DNA of 64,000 bases from Eutreptiella sp. 'Long Island Sound 2002'. Taxonomy: Eukaryota; Protista; Euglenida. Positions 11,101-22,930 of the stretch are shown piece after piece (the stretch's first letter is position 1; each line of letters begins with the position of its first letter). The notes beneath the pieces were generated by a model. That model saw only the letters and a list, made by a program, of their open reading frames with translations. It searched no databases and was not told the DNA's origin. A program made the position numbers and the translations under genes. The stretch is from NCBI GenBank assembly GCA_964036045.1, contig OZ038379.1, positions 49,352,001 to 49,416,000 of the forward strand, in the 5' to 3' direction.

Positions 11101-12600
11101 TAGCGGAAGATGAGCAAGGACCTGAAGTGCATTTGTGCGGCTATGTGCTGACACGCCACAGGCAAACAAACAATGGGGCGGAGCTTTGGGCAGCAGCGGA
11201 AGCCCTACAGGGGTTCCGGGTGCCAAAACTGGGAATCCTCACCGACTCACAAAACCTGCAACTGGGAGCGACCAGCAGGGCTCAACACTAGAGGTCAAAG
11301 GGATGGACAACCACATCTGGTAAGCTGCAGGTCCACGTGCCCGCCTGGGAAATGCTGCTCCGGGAAATAGCAAAGCCAGGAAGAGAAGTCAAGTGGGAGC
11401 ACGTCCCAGCACATGTCAACGCGCAGGGGAATGAGGTGGCGAATGGATTGGCGATGGAAGGCATGTGCTGGAGTCCGTTGTGGTCCCAACATGTCACACA
11501 ACAATGATCATCCGGGTTGGAGTCCACGGTAGGTTTGGGGGGAGGTTCAGGATTCCCAGTCAGAGGAAAGCAAAGCACTCTGGTCATCCCTGGGTATGGT
11601 AGCCATGGATAGTGATGAGCTGACAGGGGAAGCATCCGGGGAGCCGGCACCATGTGGAATGGAATCATACAACTCGAGCAGTTCGGGTACTGAGGACATA
11701 GGGGCAGGACCCACACAAGTGGGAGGATTGTTCGAACAACTGTCTGCAGCAGAAACATTGTGCTTCAGCACCGATGTGAGTTACACCAGGCGGCAGCGTA
11801 AGAGGCGAAAGCTCAGGAAAAGCAAGAACCTTGGACAGGGTCGTTAGCAGCAGAGCCTGTAACCCCTGCATAACCGGAAATCTCACAGGTCCTAAGCCCA
11901 ACAATGCCTACATGTCCGAAACTTGCGTTCTCACGCAGGAGCAATTTGACACGAGCACCGCGTCGTGTCGCGACCTGCATCTGCACACAGGTGTGATAAC
12001 GGCAACGGCTGAACTCAGACACAAACCCCGCGTCGTGTCGCGGAAGAGCTCCTAGGCGTGATGCCGCCGGGAAGGCCATGGAAGGAGCAGGGACCACGTC
12101 AGCATCGACATGGCCCCTACACACAAATTCAGCCAGCCCCAAAGAAGGTCAAGCCTCAACAAGAACGCCAGCGTTTCAAGCTGCAAGCAGTGAGCCAGCT
12201 GGACGCCATTGCGAAAGAAGGGCTGAGGGCAGTCGATGCCGAGCTGACCACAATGGCCTGGGCACGCAATCATCAGATCTGGCTCCGACAGGACCAACCA
12301 CACAACACCAGGATGCACTGTGAAATTGTGGACAATCATGGAGAGCCGTTGCTGATGAGCAACCAAGAACTCTACTCGGTGATGGTCCAAATCAAATGGA
12401 CCCTGAAGACTCAAGCTTTGGCGAACGTGCAGGTCTAGTGGTGACCCAAAAGTGCAGGCAAGTGGCACCCGTTCCAGTGCGAGGCGATCCTCCACTGTCC
12501 GATTGCTGAGGGACACAGAGCGGTGCCCTCCTCTGTGAGCAAAAATGGAGACTGCATGCATGTGTGGCTGGCGGGCTGAGCTGACCTCTTAAGGCTGTTC
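8173..12600 (+). mobile_element. Internally deleted L1/Tx1-like LINE with C-terminal RNase H, 5'-capped by SL
   Basis: RT motif KAMQTPYSLRPIALQTTPQKW (~9420-9490); GLALP thumb region (~9700); Zn finger KCPICSQKEMVKQAMVEC (~10400-10455); RNase H ILYKDGS, QTNNGAELWAAAEAL, ILTDSQ (10990-11290). 9420-10300 aligns by eye to 56468-57334 plus 63449-64000. The 3' end is approximate. Confidence 0.85.
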
Positions 12601-12759
12601 CAGAGAACGCTGTTTAGGCAGGCGGACCCGGTATCCGGGGACGCTGTGCGGTTCCTCTACACGCTGCTGAGCACACCTCCATGCGAACGGCGATATGCCT
12701 CACAGGGGATGACATGCATGGGGGAGTAGGACAGGTCGGAACAATAATGCACATAACAA

Positions 12760-13643
12760 GTCGTCGTAGCTCAGTGGGTATACTGCACCTCTTCTGTCCT
12801 GTGGAGGAGGGTTCTATCCCCGGGGGGGAAAGAGACCCACGGAACATCCCAAAAACCCCTTTGTGCGGAAGAGAGAGAGAGAGAGAGTGGGGCGCAGTGG
12901 GAGGAGGGCCGGAAGAAAGAGAGAGAGAGAGAGAGAGCGAAGACAGGAGGGGGAGAGAGGGAGAGAGGGGGAGAGAGACCCACAGAGCAAGAGGTGGGGA
13001 CTAACCGGCACTGCGGGAGAGTGGTGGGTTCGAGCTGACCTGGGTGTGTGGGCAGCCATTGCAGCACAGAGTTGAAAAGCTTGATGGTGAAGCAACGGGA
13101 TGCCTTTGCGCCCTCAGAGCACGGGCATGACACATCATTACGTGTCAGAAAGCCGGAGCACGACAGGGACAGTGAGAGTGCGGCCCACGGGAGGGTGGAC
13201 GGTGCGAGCTAACCTGGATATGTGGGCGGCCAGTGCACACATGGAGTGGTACTAAACAGGTAAGCGCAACGGTACGACAATGCACCTGTTGAAGCATCAA
13301 GCAGAATAGTCTGATGGTGAAACATTGAGACGCCTTTGCGCCCCCGGAGTTCGGGTATGACACGTCTTCCTGTGCCACAGAGCAAGAGCAAGACAGGTGC
13401 AGCAAGAGTAAGACCCGCAGAGCAAGGGTTAGAGACTAACCGGCACTGTGGGATGGTGGTGGGTGCGAGCTAACCTCAATGTACAAAGAGCCAGGGCCAA
13501 AGCACAGCTAGCAGCCACCTGGAGTGGTTCAAAACTGGTCTGCGCTGTAGTGCAACAAGGAAAAACACTCAACTATGTGGTGATGACCATGCGCCAGTGA
13601 CAGGGGGGCGTATGCGAGCCCAATATCTGTTGCCTCATGGTCA
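12760..13643 (+). mobile_element. Full-length tRNA-derived SINE (~880 bp) with internal (GA)n
   Basis: A-box TAGCTCAGTGG 12767-12777, B-box-like GGTTCTATCCC 12810-12820, (GA)n 12868-12980, shared 3' tail; colinear with 30228-31124. Confidence 0.85.
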
Positions 13644-14418
13644 ACAGCAACGATGCCCTCAAGAGCATACATTGGTTCTGTGGTTATGCCTATTCATGAA
13701 ACACCCCCTCAAGGCAGGACAGAGCAAAGAGAACCAACAGCAGCTTCATCCGTTGAATCACTGGTTCTGGATTCTTTTGACGACTCGAGCGCCAGGCGTG
13801 GAAGAGAGGATTGCCCCTCCCCTCAAGCGAGGAACCCGGGCCTTGAACTTGGCCCTCACTTGGTCCTTGTCCCAGGGCCTGTTCACCTTGTCTTCGGACA
13901 ACCAAGGGTTTCCTCGCCAGTATCTCCCAGTAGGGAATGCCCTACCACTACTGTTTGCATTGACTAATGGCATGAGGAGTGGGAGGTGGACATGTCTGAA
14001 TCCTCCATCAAGGAACCCCGTGCCAACAAGCCCCAGAGGAGAGTCCCTGGGTGCAGTAGTCGTCATGTTCAAGCCGACACGGACACACTGGGTTCCTCAT
14101 CTAACCTTGTGCGGAGATGTGGAACCAAACCCGGGGCCGGAGCAAACAAATTCACCAACGGAGCAAAACCCAATCATGGCGGCTCTCATACGCACCAACG
14201 AGAAACGTATGGATGCCTGGAAAAAGTACACGGAAATAAAAGACAAAGTAACCGACAAAAAACTGCCCAGCGATTATGCACATGACAAGGCCCTGACGAT
14301 TGTCAAAGATGTCCATGCTGATTTTAGCAAGCAAACAGCAACGTATCCGCATCCGCTGATTGAAAAACTGAAGGACCACATCACGGAGATGGATAAACAA
14401 GTCCCTCAAGTGCATTAA
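13597..14418 (+). CDS. ORF1-like segment of a LINE containing a 2A (StopGo) peptide; its N-terminus derives from the SINE tail
   Basis: HLTLCGDVEPNPGP, with DVEPNPGP at 14116-14139 in frame; matches the D(V/I)ExNPG/P consensus. Confidence 0.7.
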   Translation: MTGGRMRAQYLLPHGQQQRCPQEHTLVLWLCLFMKHPLKAGQSKENQQQLHPLNHWFWILLTTRAPGVEERIAPPLKRGTRALNLALTWSLSQGLFTLSSDNQGFPRQYLPVGNALPLLFALTNGMRSGRWTCLNPPSRNPVPTSPRGESLGAVVVMFKPTRTHWVPHLTLCGDVEPNPGPEQTNSPTEQNPIMAALIRTNEKRMDAWKKYTEIKDKVTDKKLPSDYAHDKALTIVKDVHADFSKQTATYPHPLIEKLKDHITEMDKQVPQVH

Positions 14419-16536
14419 CAACAAGACAAACCCCAAGATGCTAACTTACCTCAACTTCGAGACCAAGAACATTTTCTGTTTAAACAAATGGGCAGATGCC
14501 CCGACCAAGTCACACAACTGGTAGTGCATGGTGCCAGCCCTGAAGCACCGGGAACAAGAGAGAATCAAGGAAAGACCGTCCAGCAACAACAACAGTTGCT
14601 GGACAACCAAAAAAACCTGCTAGGAACGAAACCTACATCCCGATTCTATAATGTCAACTCCCAACCCCCCTTGCGGGTACCTTCCCACCCACACGCTCTA
14701 CATGCAACCTGTTGTCAGCTTTTGCGCAAGAGAATGTAGAGGCAGTCGTCAGAGCACGACAAGAATAGTCACAAAGGGCTGTTAGGGACGTGGTTTGGCC
14801 GCTCTGCGATTCCGAGCAACAACAATTAACGTTGAGATGCGATTGGGAACATTTCCCAGCAACTGTCTAAAGTCACACAATCATGCGCATGGAAGGTGAG
14901 TCGAAGTCATGGAAAGGGATTGGAGACATGCAGCCTCACAAGTTGTGTGCCATGTTTCCAGTGGATGACCTTTGCATCTCATTTGTAAGAGGTGAATATG
15001 ATCTCCTTGATGAACGCAATTATTAAATGCAAATTTATTCCAATTATCCACCCAGCTCGGCGACATCCTTGTGCAAGTTAGAGCACAAGCGGAATTCCAT
15101 CCATGGGATAGCAAGCTGAGCGAATGCATGAAGTGGTTCCTTGATGCTTTCATTTGCTTCAACGGACCCTTGAAAAATATGGCGGGCCATGAACTTTCCT
15201 TTTTTGTCATTCAATCCACAGCCTCGGGAATAGCCAGCAAGCTAGAGTTTGAATTTGTCAGTGTGCGGCTCCTCTGGGAAGGGGCCACGCTGGCCCAAAA
15301 AGCCTTCAAGGCTCAGCGCCCCAACCCTGATATGCGAGTTATACAAGTTGATGAAAAAGACATGCCACATGCTATGCAAAAACCTGGTCTTTAAGGAGCC
15401 CAGTGTTCGTTCTATCAGGGAACGACCCAGAGGAAAATGATGAACCGACAACCCCCCCTCAACACAAAAGTCTTTTATGCGGCATTGATTGGTGCGCGCT
15501 TTGAAAATTTTTTGGATGAATACGGGGGAGCCGACCATTTCTCCCTCATGCCCCTTGACGAATGTCACAGCAGAGGACTCGAGAAATCCGCGCTGGTCTG
15601 CCAAGTCTTTTACAAGAAAATATGACAGACAAACAGGCCCGTACCCTCTGGTACACATTATACTGGGCCTTCGTAGAACCATTCGGGTGCGGCCTTTTAC
15701 CTCAGAGGTTATAATAAAATCTGCCCCGCTTTCACGAGAAAAATGACGTGGCACATTTTTTCAAGGCGGCCGCAGTGGAACTGCACTCCAAAGCATTGCC
15801 TTTCAGGGATGAGCGCACTAAGCAGTGGATAAAAGATCCGCCATCCGATTCCTAGTCAGATAGCACCTTGTTTGAAAGTGACATGGAGGAAACAATGGTA
15901 CTCTACGATGCACCGGGGCAAATGGATCAGGAGGACGCTTATGGACGTGCATGACTTGCACGAAGCCTGTGGTTATAGTTACTACGGCTATACTGATGCT
16001 AGGCGACCCGCCTATGAGTGCCTCTCCTTTGTTCGTAGCGAACTTTGAATCTATGTGGCGCCGGAAGCAAAAAAAAAAAAAGAAACCATGGTACTCTACG
16101 ATGCACCGGGGGGGATGGATCAGGAGGCAGTAAGCGCCTTCCTGCAATCTGCCGGTTTTAGCATTTCTAGGCTCTCACGCATGGGTTGGAATCCAGGCAC
16201 ACCACATGGCGCAGCCTAGACACTAACTGCCATAGGCCTCTTGGGCCGATTTGGATACATTTTGCATGACACAGAACAAGACACAGAGACATAACAATGA
16301 CACTCATATCACCCTCAGAATAGCAAGAAATCAAATCATCTTTTCATAAGCCCTCCGTCGCAGGAAAGCAGAAGGGCAGGGGGACTTATGCAAGAGCAGC
16401 AGCATCTTCTTTGATTAGGAAATGATGCCCCCGACACAGACACACCACGCCATGACCTAGGCCATTTTTTTTTGCGCCACAAGCGCGGACGAGGCCCGTC
16501 CGAAAATTTGCAGCAGAAGCACCGCAGCCTAAATGC

Positions 16537-17400
16537 ATGACCATTAATCTTAATGGCATCCGGACAAAAATTATCAAAGGCAAGCATCATATAACCAAAG
16601 CCTCTGCGCTTCGGCTTTATGCACAAGGGGAATCACTGGATTTCATTGGGATCCGGGAGCCCCAGCTGTATTCTGCGGAGGACATTTCGTCTGTCCGGTC
16701 CATTTTGGATGTAGGGTTCTACCATTTTGTTTGGTACCCGACAGAGACAGGACGTGGCGGCGCAGCTATCGCGGTCCACTACAGGTGGACACTGCAACAT
16801 TCACTTACCGTTGATCATTGTATTCTCATTGCAATTGTCACAAATGCAGAGGGCTAGTCCCTCACCCTTGTCAGCGCACATTTTGATCATCACCCAAAGG
16901 AACGCAAGGACCAATGGGTGGAGTTACACACAGCTTTGCAAACCTGTCAAGCAGACGACAGTTGTCTTCTTGTTGTCCACAACTCCGTGGTGCTCCCTGC
17001 ACACTGTGCGACACGCCCCCTTGCAAAGCAGTCCCCGCCGATCGCGCAAGCCACTAAAACAAAACTGGCCAAGCTCGCACGTCTGTAGCTTTATGATGCA
17101 TGGCAAGAAGTCCATTACGACCCGGATACACAGGAAGTACCCCTTGGGTGCACGTACGTGTACAATGTACACAAAAAGTCCCTGACAAACACGCGCAGGT
17201 TGGTTAAGGTACATATTTCGTCAAGGCTCATGGATTGCCTAGCTACGGCCTACACGGCCTTCATGCCAAGGGCACACCACAAAGCAGTGGTGGGTGACTT
17301 GGCCCCACCAATCTTTGTGCAGCCCCCCCCCCCCCGCTGGAAATGCCCCTTGTGCTTCCTACAGTGTTCTGTTCCTTTGAATACTTTCAGTCGGAAATTG
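16537..17400 (+). pseudogene. APE endonuclease of LINE ORF2 (frameshifted)
   Basis: MTINLNGIR...LDFIGIREPQ...TGRGGAAIAV match the APE motifs NxNG, LQE and GGVAI. Confidence 0.75.
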
Positions 17401-17799
17401 AGTGGCATTGATGCGTCATGTGATTCCCCGGTGAAGGATTTGGTGGTAGCGGAAAAAATCCTACAACAGACAACAACACAACACCACAAGGAAATCACGG
17501 TAAGGCCACCCACTACCACATTGCCACTCTTACTGTCTTCCACGAGAGACCAAGTTTGCCAGCAGGTTATGGCATTACGTCCGCTCCCAAGGAAGGGGAC
17601 CGACTACACAAACACAAACCTATACGATGCTGGTTCAATGTTACAAAAGAGAAGAGCAAGATAGGGTGGTTTTACATCAGTTAGCTGAACTGAAAAGGGT
17701 ACTCGTGGCCGCAGACATCAATGAGGAGTCACACGAACAGTGCCGCCAGCACGTTGGCAGACTCATGCTCAACCTAGAGAAAGCCAAACCCTTGTGTGT

Positions 17800-20700
17800 G
17801 CTCAAACAATTGTTTGCCTTTCATTCTCAGGCAGTTTTTCGTCCGTTTTTGTTTTTTGTGTGGCGTGTTTTGCGTGTGAGCACCAATGAGGACGGGAGAC
17901 TCGGACAATGGGGGATGAGCAGACGTACGGAGAATGGCAGCTGCCATGAGGGAGCAAGCGCAGCAGATCGAGCACCTGCGCATGGAGCTGCAGCGGACCA
18001 ACATCAAGCAGCAGGAGAGCATCCTGGAGCTGACGCCGGGAGCTTTGGACGAGTTCGTCTAGGAAGACCGGTTGGCGCAATGGATGCGCCTGTGTGTAGG
18101 AGCCCTTAACGAATTTTTCGAGCACACCGGTCTGCCTCTGCAGCGTCCGCTAGATCATGAAGGGGCCAACGAGCAGGGGGCTGCCCCCCCCCCCCCCGTG
18201 ATCATGTCCTGCCGTACCGTATCTGTTGAGTGCTCTGCAAATCGCACACGCCGTACACGACGCAGTACAATGCCAAGTCGGGTCACGAGCCTAAGGGCCG
18301 GTTGCCGTATGCCTCGCTGGAGGAAGCCAAGGGCGCCCTGGGGACCGATTTTCGCTGGAAGAATGTGCGATTCAGGGAGGTCGGCAAAGTCCTGAGTTGG
18401 CAGACACGTGCAGGGGAATGGATCCCGGTGGAGTCGGAGCCGTCAGCGAATTGCAGGAGGTGCACGTAGAAGCGAGCGGCGATGCTGGCACGACACTGGC
18501 ATTTCCTGTGTTCCCATTGGAGCTGAACACCGACCGTGGTGGGCGGATTTCCTGGTGATCCGCCCTACGAATCCACAAGAGCCGGTGATGGAGGCCAGGT
18601 CGACGCCGTAGGGGGGTGTGAGCGCTCCTTTCCCTTGATCTGGTCGCGTTCGTGCATGTTGGGGACCGAGGACGAGCCGAGCGGTCCTGATGCTTGGGCT
18701 GCCCGATCGTGGCGGGCTCGGACCCGCAAAGCATATGCGCACAAGTTGGCCAAGATGGCGGAATTCCAAGAGGCCTCTGGAGAGGCGTCGTTGGCTGGGG
18801 TACTGGCAGGGTTCTTGGTGGCAGAGCGGAGATGGGAGAGAGACAGTCTACGCTGCGAGGGTATAATACGGCAGTGCGGGCCGCTGAGGACCTCGGCTGG
18901 ATCGGGCGGACGGTGCAACAGCTGCACAAGCGCATTGCCCAGGCTGCATCTAAGGTGGGTTTGCAGCGCTATCTACCCCCGGAGGGTTTGTGCGTACTCG
19001 TCGAGAGGGCTGAGCTTCAGCCTGGTGCATTGCCTATGGCTTGCGGGGCAGTGCTTAGCTGGGTTCTTTGGCTTCGGGTTGGTGAGGTGTCTCTGGTCCG
19101 CATGGGGGATGTGTCAGTCCCACTATGGCTTCCGTTCTGCAATTCCAAAACTGGTGAAGAGGGCTGGTAGTCTCGCCCTATCTCGCTCTGGGCCGATCGG
19201 TATCGTGAAGCCCTGCTTCGCTGGGCGGAGGCCAAGGGCATGCGGCCGAGTGACCACTTGTTCCCTGGGGGCAGTGCATGGCTGGAGCACAAGTTCCTCG
19301 AAGTCTTGGGCTCTACGTATTGGAGGCGCTGCCGTTGGCATTCTCTGCGCATGGGTGGCAGCGCTGTGTGTTACGCTCGCCACCCTCAGCTACAGCTCTT
19401 CCTCTGGTGGGCGTGTTGGCGCAGTGTGGGGACCACGTTGCGGTATGCGACAGCGTTCCAAGATGCGGCAGTTGTGGGCCCGCTTCCATTGCCTGCGGAG
19501 CCCGGCTCGGGGGGGGGGGGGGGGGGCAACCGGGGTTCTTACCCACTTGGAGGTTTCGGGCCCCCCACATGTTCCCATCGGAGGCTGAGCCTCTTCCTAC
19601 GGTCGCATTCCACCCCCCAGCTTGGCCAGAGGATCTGTTGCCCCCCCCCCCCCCCGCTGCACCCCAAGCCGCAGGGGGGGGGAGATTGTCCGGAAGACCT
19701 CGAGCCGCCAGATCCTCCTTGGCAGCTCCCACCCCTGCTGTTCCCCCCCCGACCCCCCCCAACGGACCCAGGGGAGTGGACGGAGCCTTCGTTACAGTCG
19801 ACTCCAGTGACAGCTCCGGGTTTGAGGATGGGGGGGGGTCAGCTGGATCGACCTTGCGAAGCCAGGGTCCGCCTTTGCCCTCGACACCCGCATCGGAGCC
19901 CCCGCATCCCGCTCTAAGTTCTAGGGACGCCGGCGTCAGGGAGGGCCCATGGGGAAGCGGCCGGACACGCCCGGTGCTCCAAGCACCGCGGGGGCCCTTT
20001 GGAGTGGTGGGCGGTCTCTTGCCTCTACAGAGGCGCGCGGCTCGCGCACCGCTGGCGCCCGGTCTTTCAACGGAGAGGGGAGGGGCTCATGCCGGCGCGG
20101 GCAGTGTGGCTGGGGGCATTGGAGTGGCCAAAGCCGGTGCCGAGGCTGGAGCGCCCGTGAAGCGTCGGCGTGTTGGCCCGAAGGTCGCGCAGGAGACGGG
20201 CTCGACGGCCCCCAGCTTGGCTGACCATCCGCGATTGGCTGCACAGTATGGAGGGATTGTTTGACCCCCCCCCCCCCGTGACGCTATCACTCAGCCTGAG
20301 TTGTGGTAAGGGGGGGGGGTGTGAAGATTCAGACGACCCCCTGTTCGTGGAATTCCTTAGGGCCTGCACCCCCCACCTGGGGTGGCTGTCGGCGGAGCTG
20401 CGTGTTACCCCGTGGGTGCTTGTTAAGCGGCTCACCTTGTTTGTGGATCGTGTCTTCGACACGGCCGAGGAGTTTCGCCTGCCTTCAGCGGCTCACACCC
20501 TCGTTAAGGCTGTCCAGGGCCTCAGGAGGGAGGACTGGAGGGGTCTCCTGCACGTCACCACCTCCTCCACCCCATGGGCGGGTAAGGTGAACCCGGATAT
20601 CGTGCTGAATGGCTTGGGTCCGGTGGGCAGCCACGCCATCCTCGAGGACATCTGGGAAAAGGCGGTGCCGCCTAGTTTCTATGGTCATGGGTTGCGGGAC

Positions 20701-22930
20701 TTCGATGTGGAGACCCCCTGGGTCGACGGTAGGAGTAACGCACGACCGGGGGCCCCCCCTTGGGTTTCGGATGAGGTTACCAAGTTCGTAGGGGTGTTGA
20801 AGAGCCAGTGGCTGCTGTATGACTTGTCGGAGGACCTAGCCCTGACCTGTTGGCCCTTCATCATTCCCAAAACATCCGAGAAGGTTTCTTCAATACTTAG
20901 TTGCGTTAACCAAAATGGATTGGATGGGTGCACCCCCCCCGAGATTTTCGCTTCGGTCATAGGAGCAGTTAAGCAAACTGCTGGTCACATTCTACCCGGG
21001 GGTGCCCTTGTATTGCACCCATATTGATTTAAAGAAACCCTTTTGGAGTTTTGTGCTCCCGGAGCCGGCACGCACGGTATTCCGCCTGTGGTCCGGTCCT
21101 AGTGGACGGGTGGTGGGGTTGGGCAGGCTGCCATTTGGGTGGAAATATAGCCCCTTCATTTGCCAGCAAACGCTGGCGGGGATCGTGGAGCGGGTGCTAC
21201 CGCCCGATATTCTCCTGGTGCATTACCTGGATGATTTTCTTTTCATTCATTATGATAAGCAGTACCTCCGGGATAATACCGGTAATACAGTCCTTGCACT
21301 GGGGCGGGAGGGGTTCATTGTCAGCCCCAAGAGTGTCCTGGAGCCGGCCACCCAGTTGGTTTTCTTGGGGAACTTGCTGGACCTCTGGTACGGATGGTAT
21401 GGTTGCATGAGGTGGCCCACCTACTGATGTTGGTGGCCTGGCTCCCGTTGGCGGTTTGGCGGTCCCAGAGGAGGCTCATGCAATCCTTTTTGGGATTCCT
21501 GCACTGGCAGGTTGGGCCTCGGGGTGTGGTGTGCCCGGTCGCGGCGGGGGCCTATTGTTGGCTCCGGGAGGGGGGGGGGGGCGCACACCGGTGGCAGTCG
21601 TTGAGTCCCTAGTGGCTTTACAAACGGTGGCGGCTGAGCCCTGGCGTGCTCCGGTGGCCCCTACCCAAACCATGTATATGGAGTTGGGGCTTCAGAGGGC
21701 TACCCCTGTCCTGCTGGGCCGGTGGTGGGAGGGACCAAGGCTGGTGCTTTTTGTTGATGCCGCCCATTATGGACCCTGGTGGAGGATGGGAGGCTTCTCG
21801 GAGGTCCTAGGGGTCGGGTCCTACATAGCGCGTCGGTTGCGGGCGCAGAGCCAGCTGCTTGTCGAGCTGCGGTCCCTGCTTTGGGGGGTGAGGCTTGCGG
21901 TGGCACTGGAGTATACGGCGGTGACCATGGTGAGTGATTCAGAGGTGGCTATTACCTAGTTTTTGCAGGTTAGGGCCAAGAGTGTCCTTGGTGCCCAGCA
22001 GACGGTGTTGCGGGGTTTGGCGCGCCGCCTTGTTTTTTCCGGTCTCCTGGTGAGGGTTCTGTGGGTGCCGTCAGGTTTCCAGCCTGCAGACCCGATATCC
22101 AGACTCTAGGGGGACTTTTGGGGGGGATCATATCTGGGCTAAGCGCACGGCGTGGCTTGTGTATGAGCAGTTGCTACGTCATCCTGGTAAGGTTGAGTTC
22201 CGTGGGGTCGTGTGCTTGTGCAAGGGCACTCAGTCCGAGACAGTATAGTGGTGCCTGCACAGTTTGCTGGAGGGGCGCGGGGGGGGGAGGGGTGGGACTG
22301 GGGGACGCCCTAGTGGAGGTGTGTGTGGTGCAGGTTCAAGCCACATGTACTGCGTGGTAGTTTCTGTTTATCGTCGGTCTAGTACAATGGTGTCATCCGC
22401 GGCCCTGGCGGCGGGGGGCGGCGGTTCGATGCCCGGACTGGTGTGGCTTGTGGCGGCCCGCTATGGGTGGTTCTTGTGTTGTAGTCGATACCTACTTGAG
22501 TTACATCTAGGAGGTATTATTTTGGTTGAGCCCCTGGGCGAATTCGGATATGTGATGGGGAAGGAGCATACCAGAAAGTGCACAAGGGCCCGGCCCAGCA
22601 GTGCGCCTGTCCTTACGGGCCGTCACGAACCTTGGAGGCGACGGCGCACGCCGCCCCATGAATAGTTGTTGTTCTTGGTGTTGAGGTGGAGTGTGGCGTT
22701 TGGCTACCTGCGGTATGCTTGCAACCTGGAGATGGTGGTTATCGTGTGGGTTTCTTACCACATCGATGGCGTAGCATACTGTAAGTGCATGGGGGTCTCG
22801 TCCGGGAGGGCGTAGGTTCAATGTCCACCGTGGGGGCGACGGAGGAGGCGGCCCCTTTTTCTTTTGTTTTGGTTTTGCAGGGCCAGGTTAGGGGAGTTGG
22901 TGCGCGGTCTGGATGGGGGGGGGGGGGGCT
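17800..22930 (+). mobile_element. Degenerate tyrosine-recombinase retrotransposon (gag-YR-RT/RNaseH order), nested in a LINE; ends approximate
   Basis: gag end CRRCT..RHWHFLC (~18450-18510); YR LRVGEV, NSKTG, WHSLRMGG, LRYAT (19070-19450); RT HIDL..FW, LPFGWKYSP, HYLDDF (21002-21427); RNase H LFVDAA, SDSEVA, QPADPIS (21740-22100). Confidence 0.9.

Noticed and set aside
12760-12832. True tRNA gene
   Set aside because: A and B boxes are present but there is no coherent cloverleaf; it heads a longer repeated element.
13575-13643. Box C/D snoRNA or HDV ribozyme in the SINE tail (GTGATGA)
   Set aside because: No terminal CTGA box D and no P3/L3/P1.1 geometry; TSDs show it is a retroposon end.
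15885-16130. ~50-bp direct repeats (15889, 16083) as LTRs
   Set aside because: Only ~190 bp apart with no coding between them; a local duplication.
19500-21600. Programmed frameshifts at long C/G homopolymers
   Set aside because: Such runs are everywhere in the window and are more simply explained by slippage or base-calling error.
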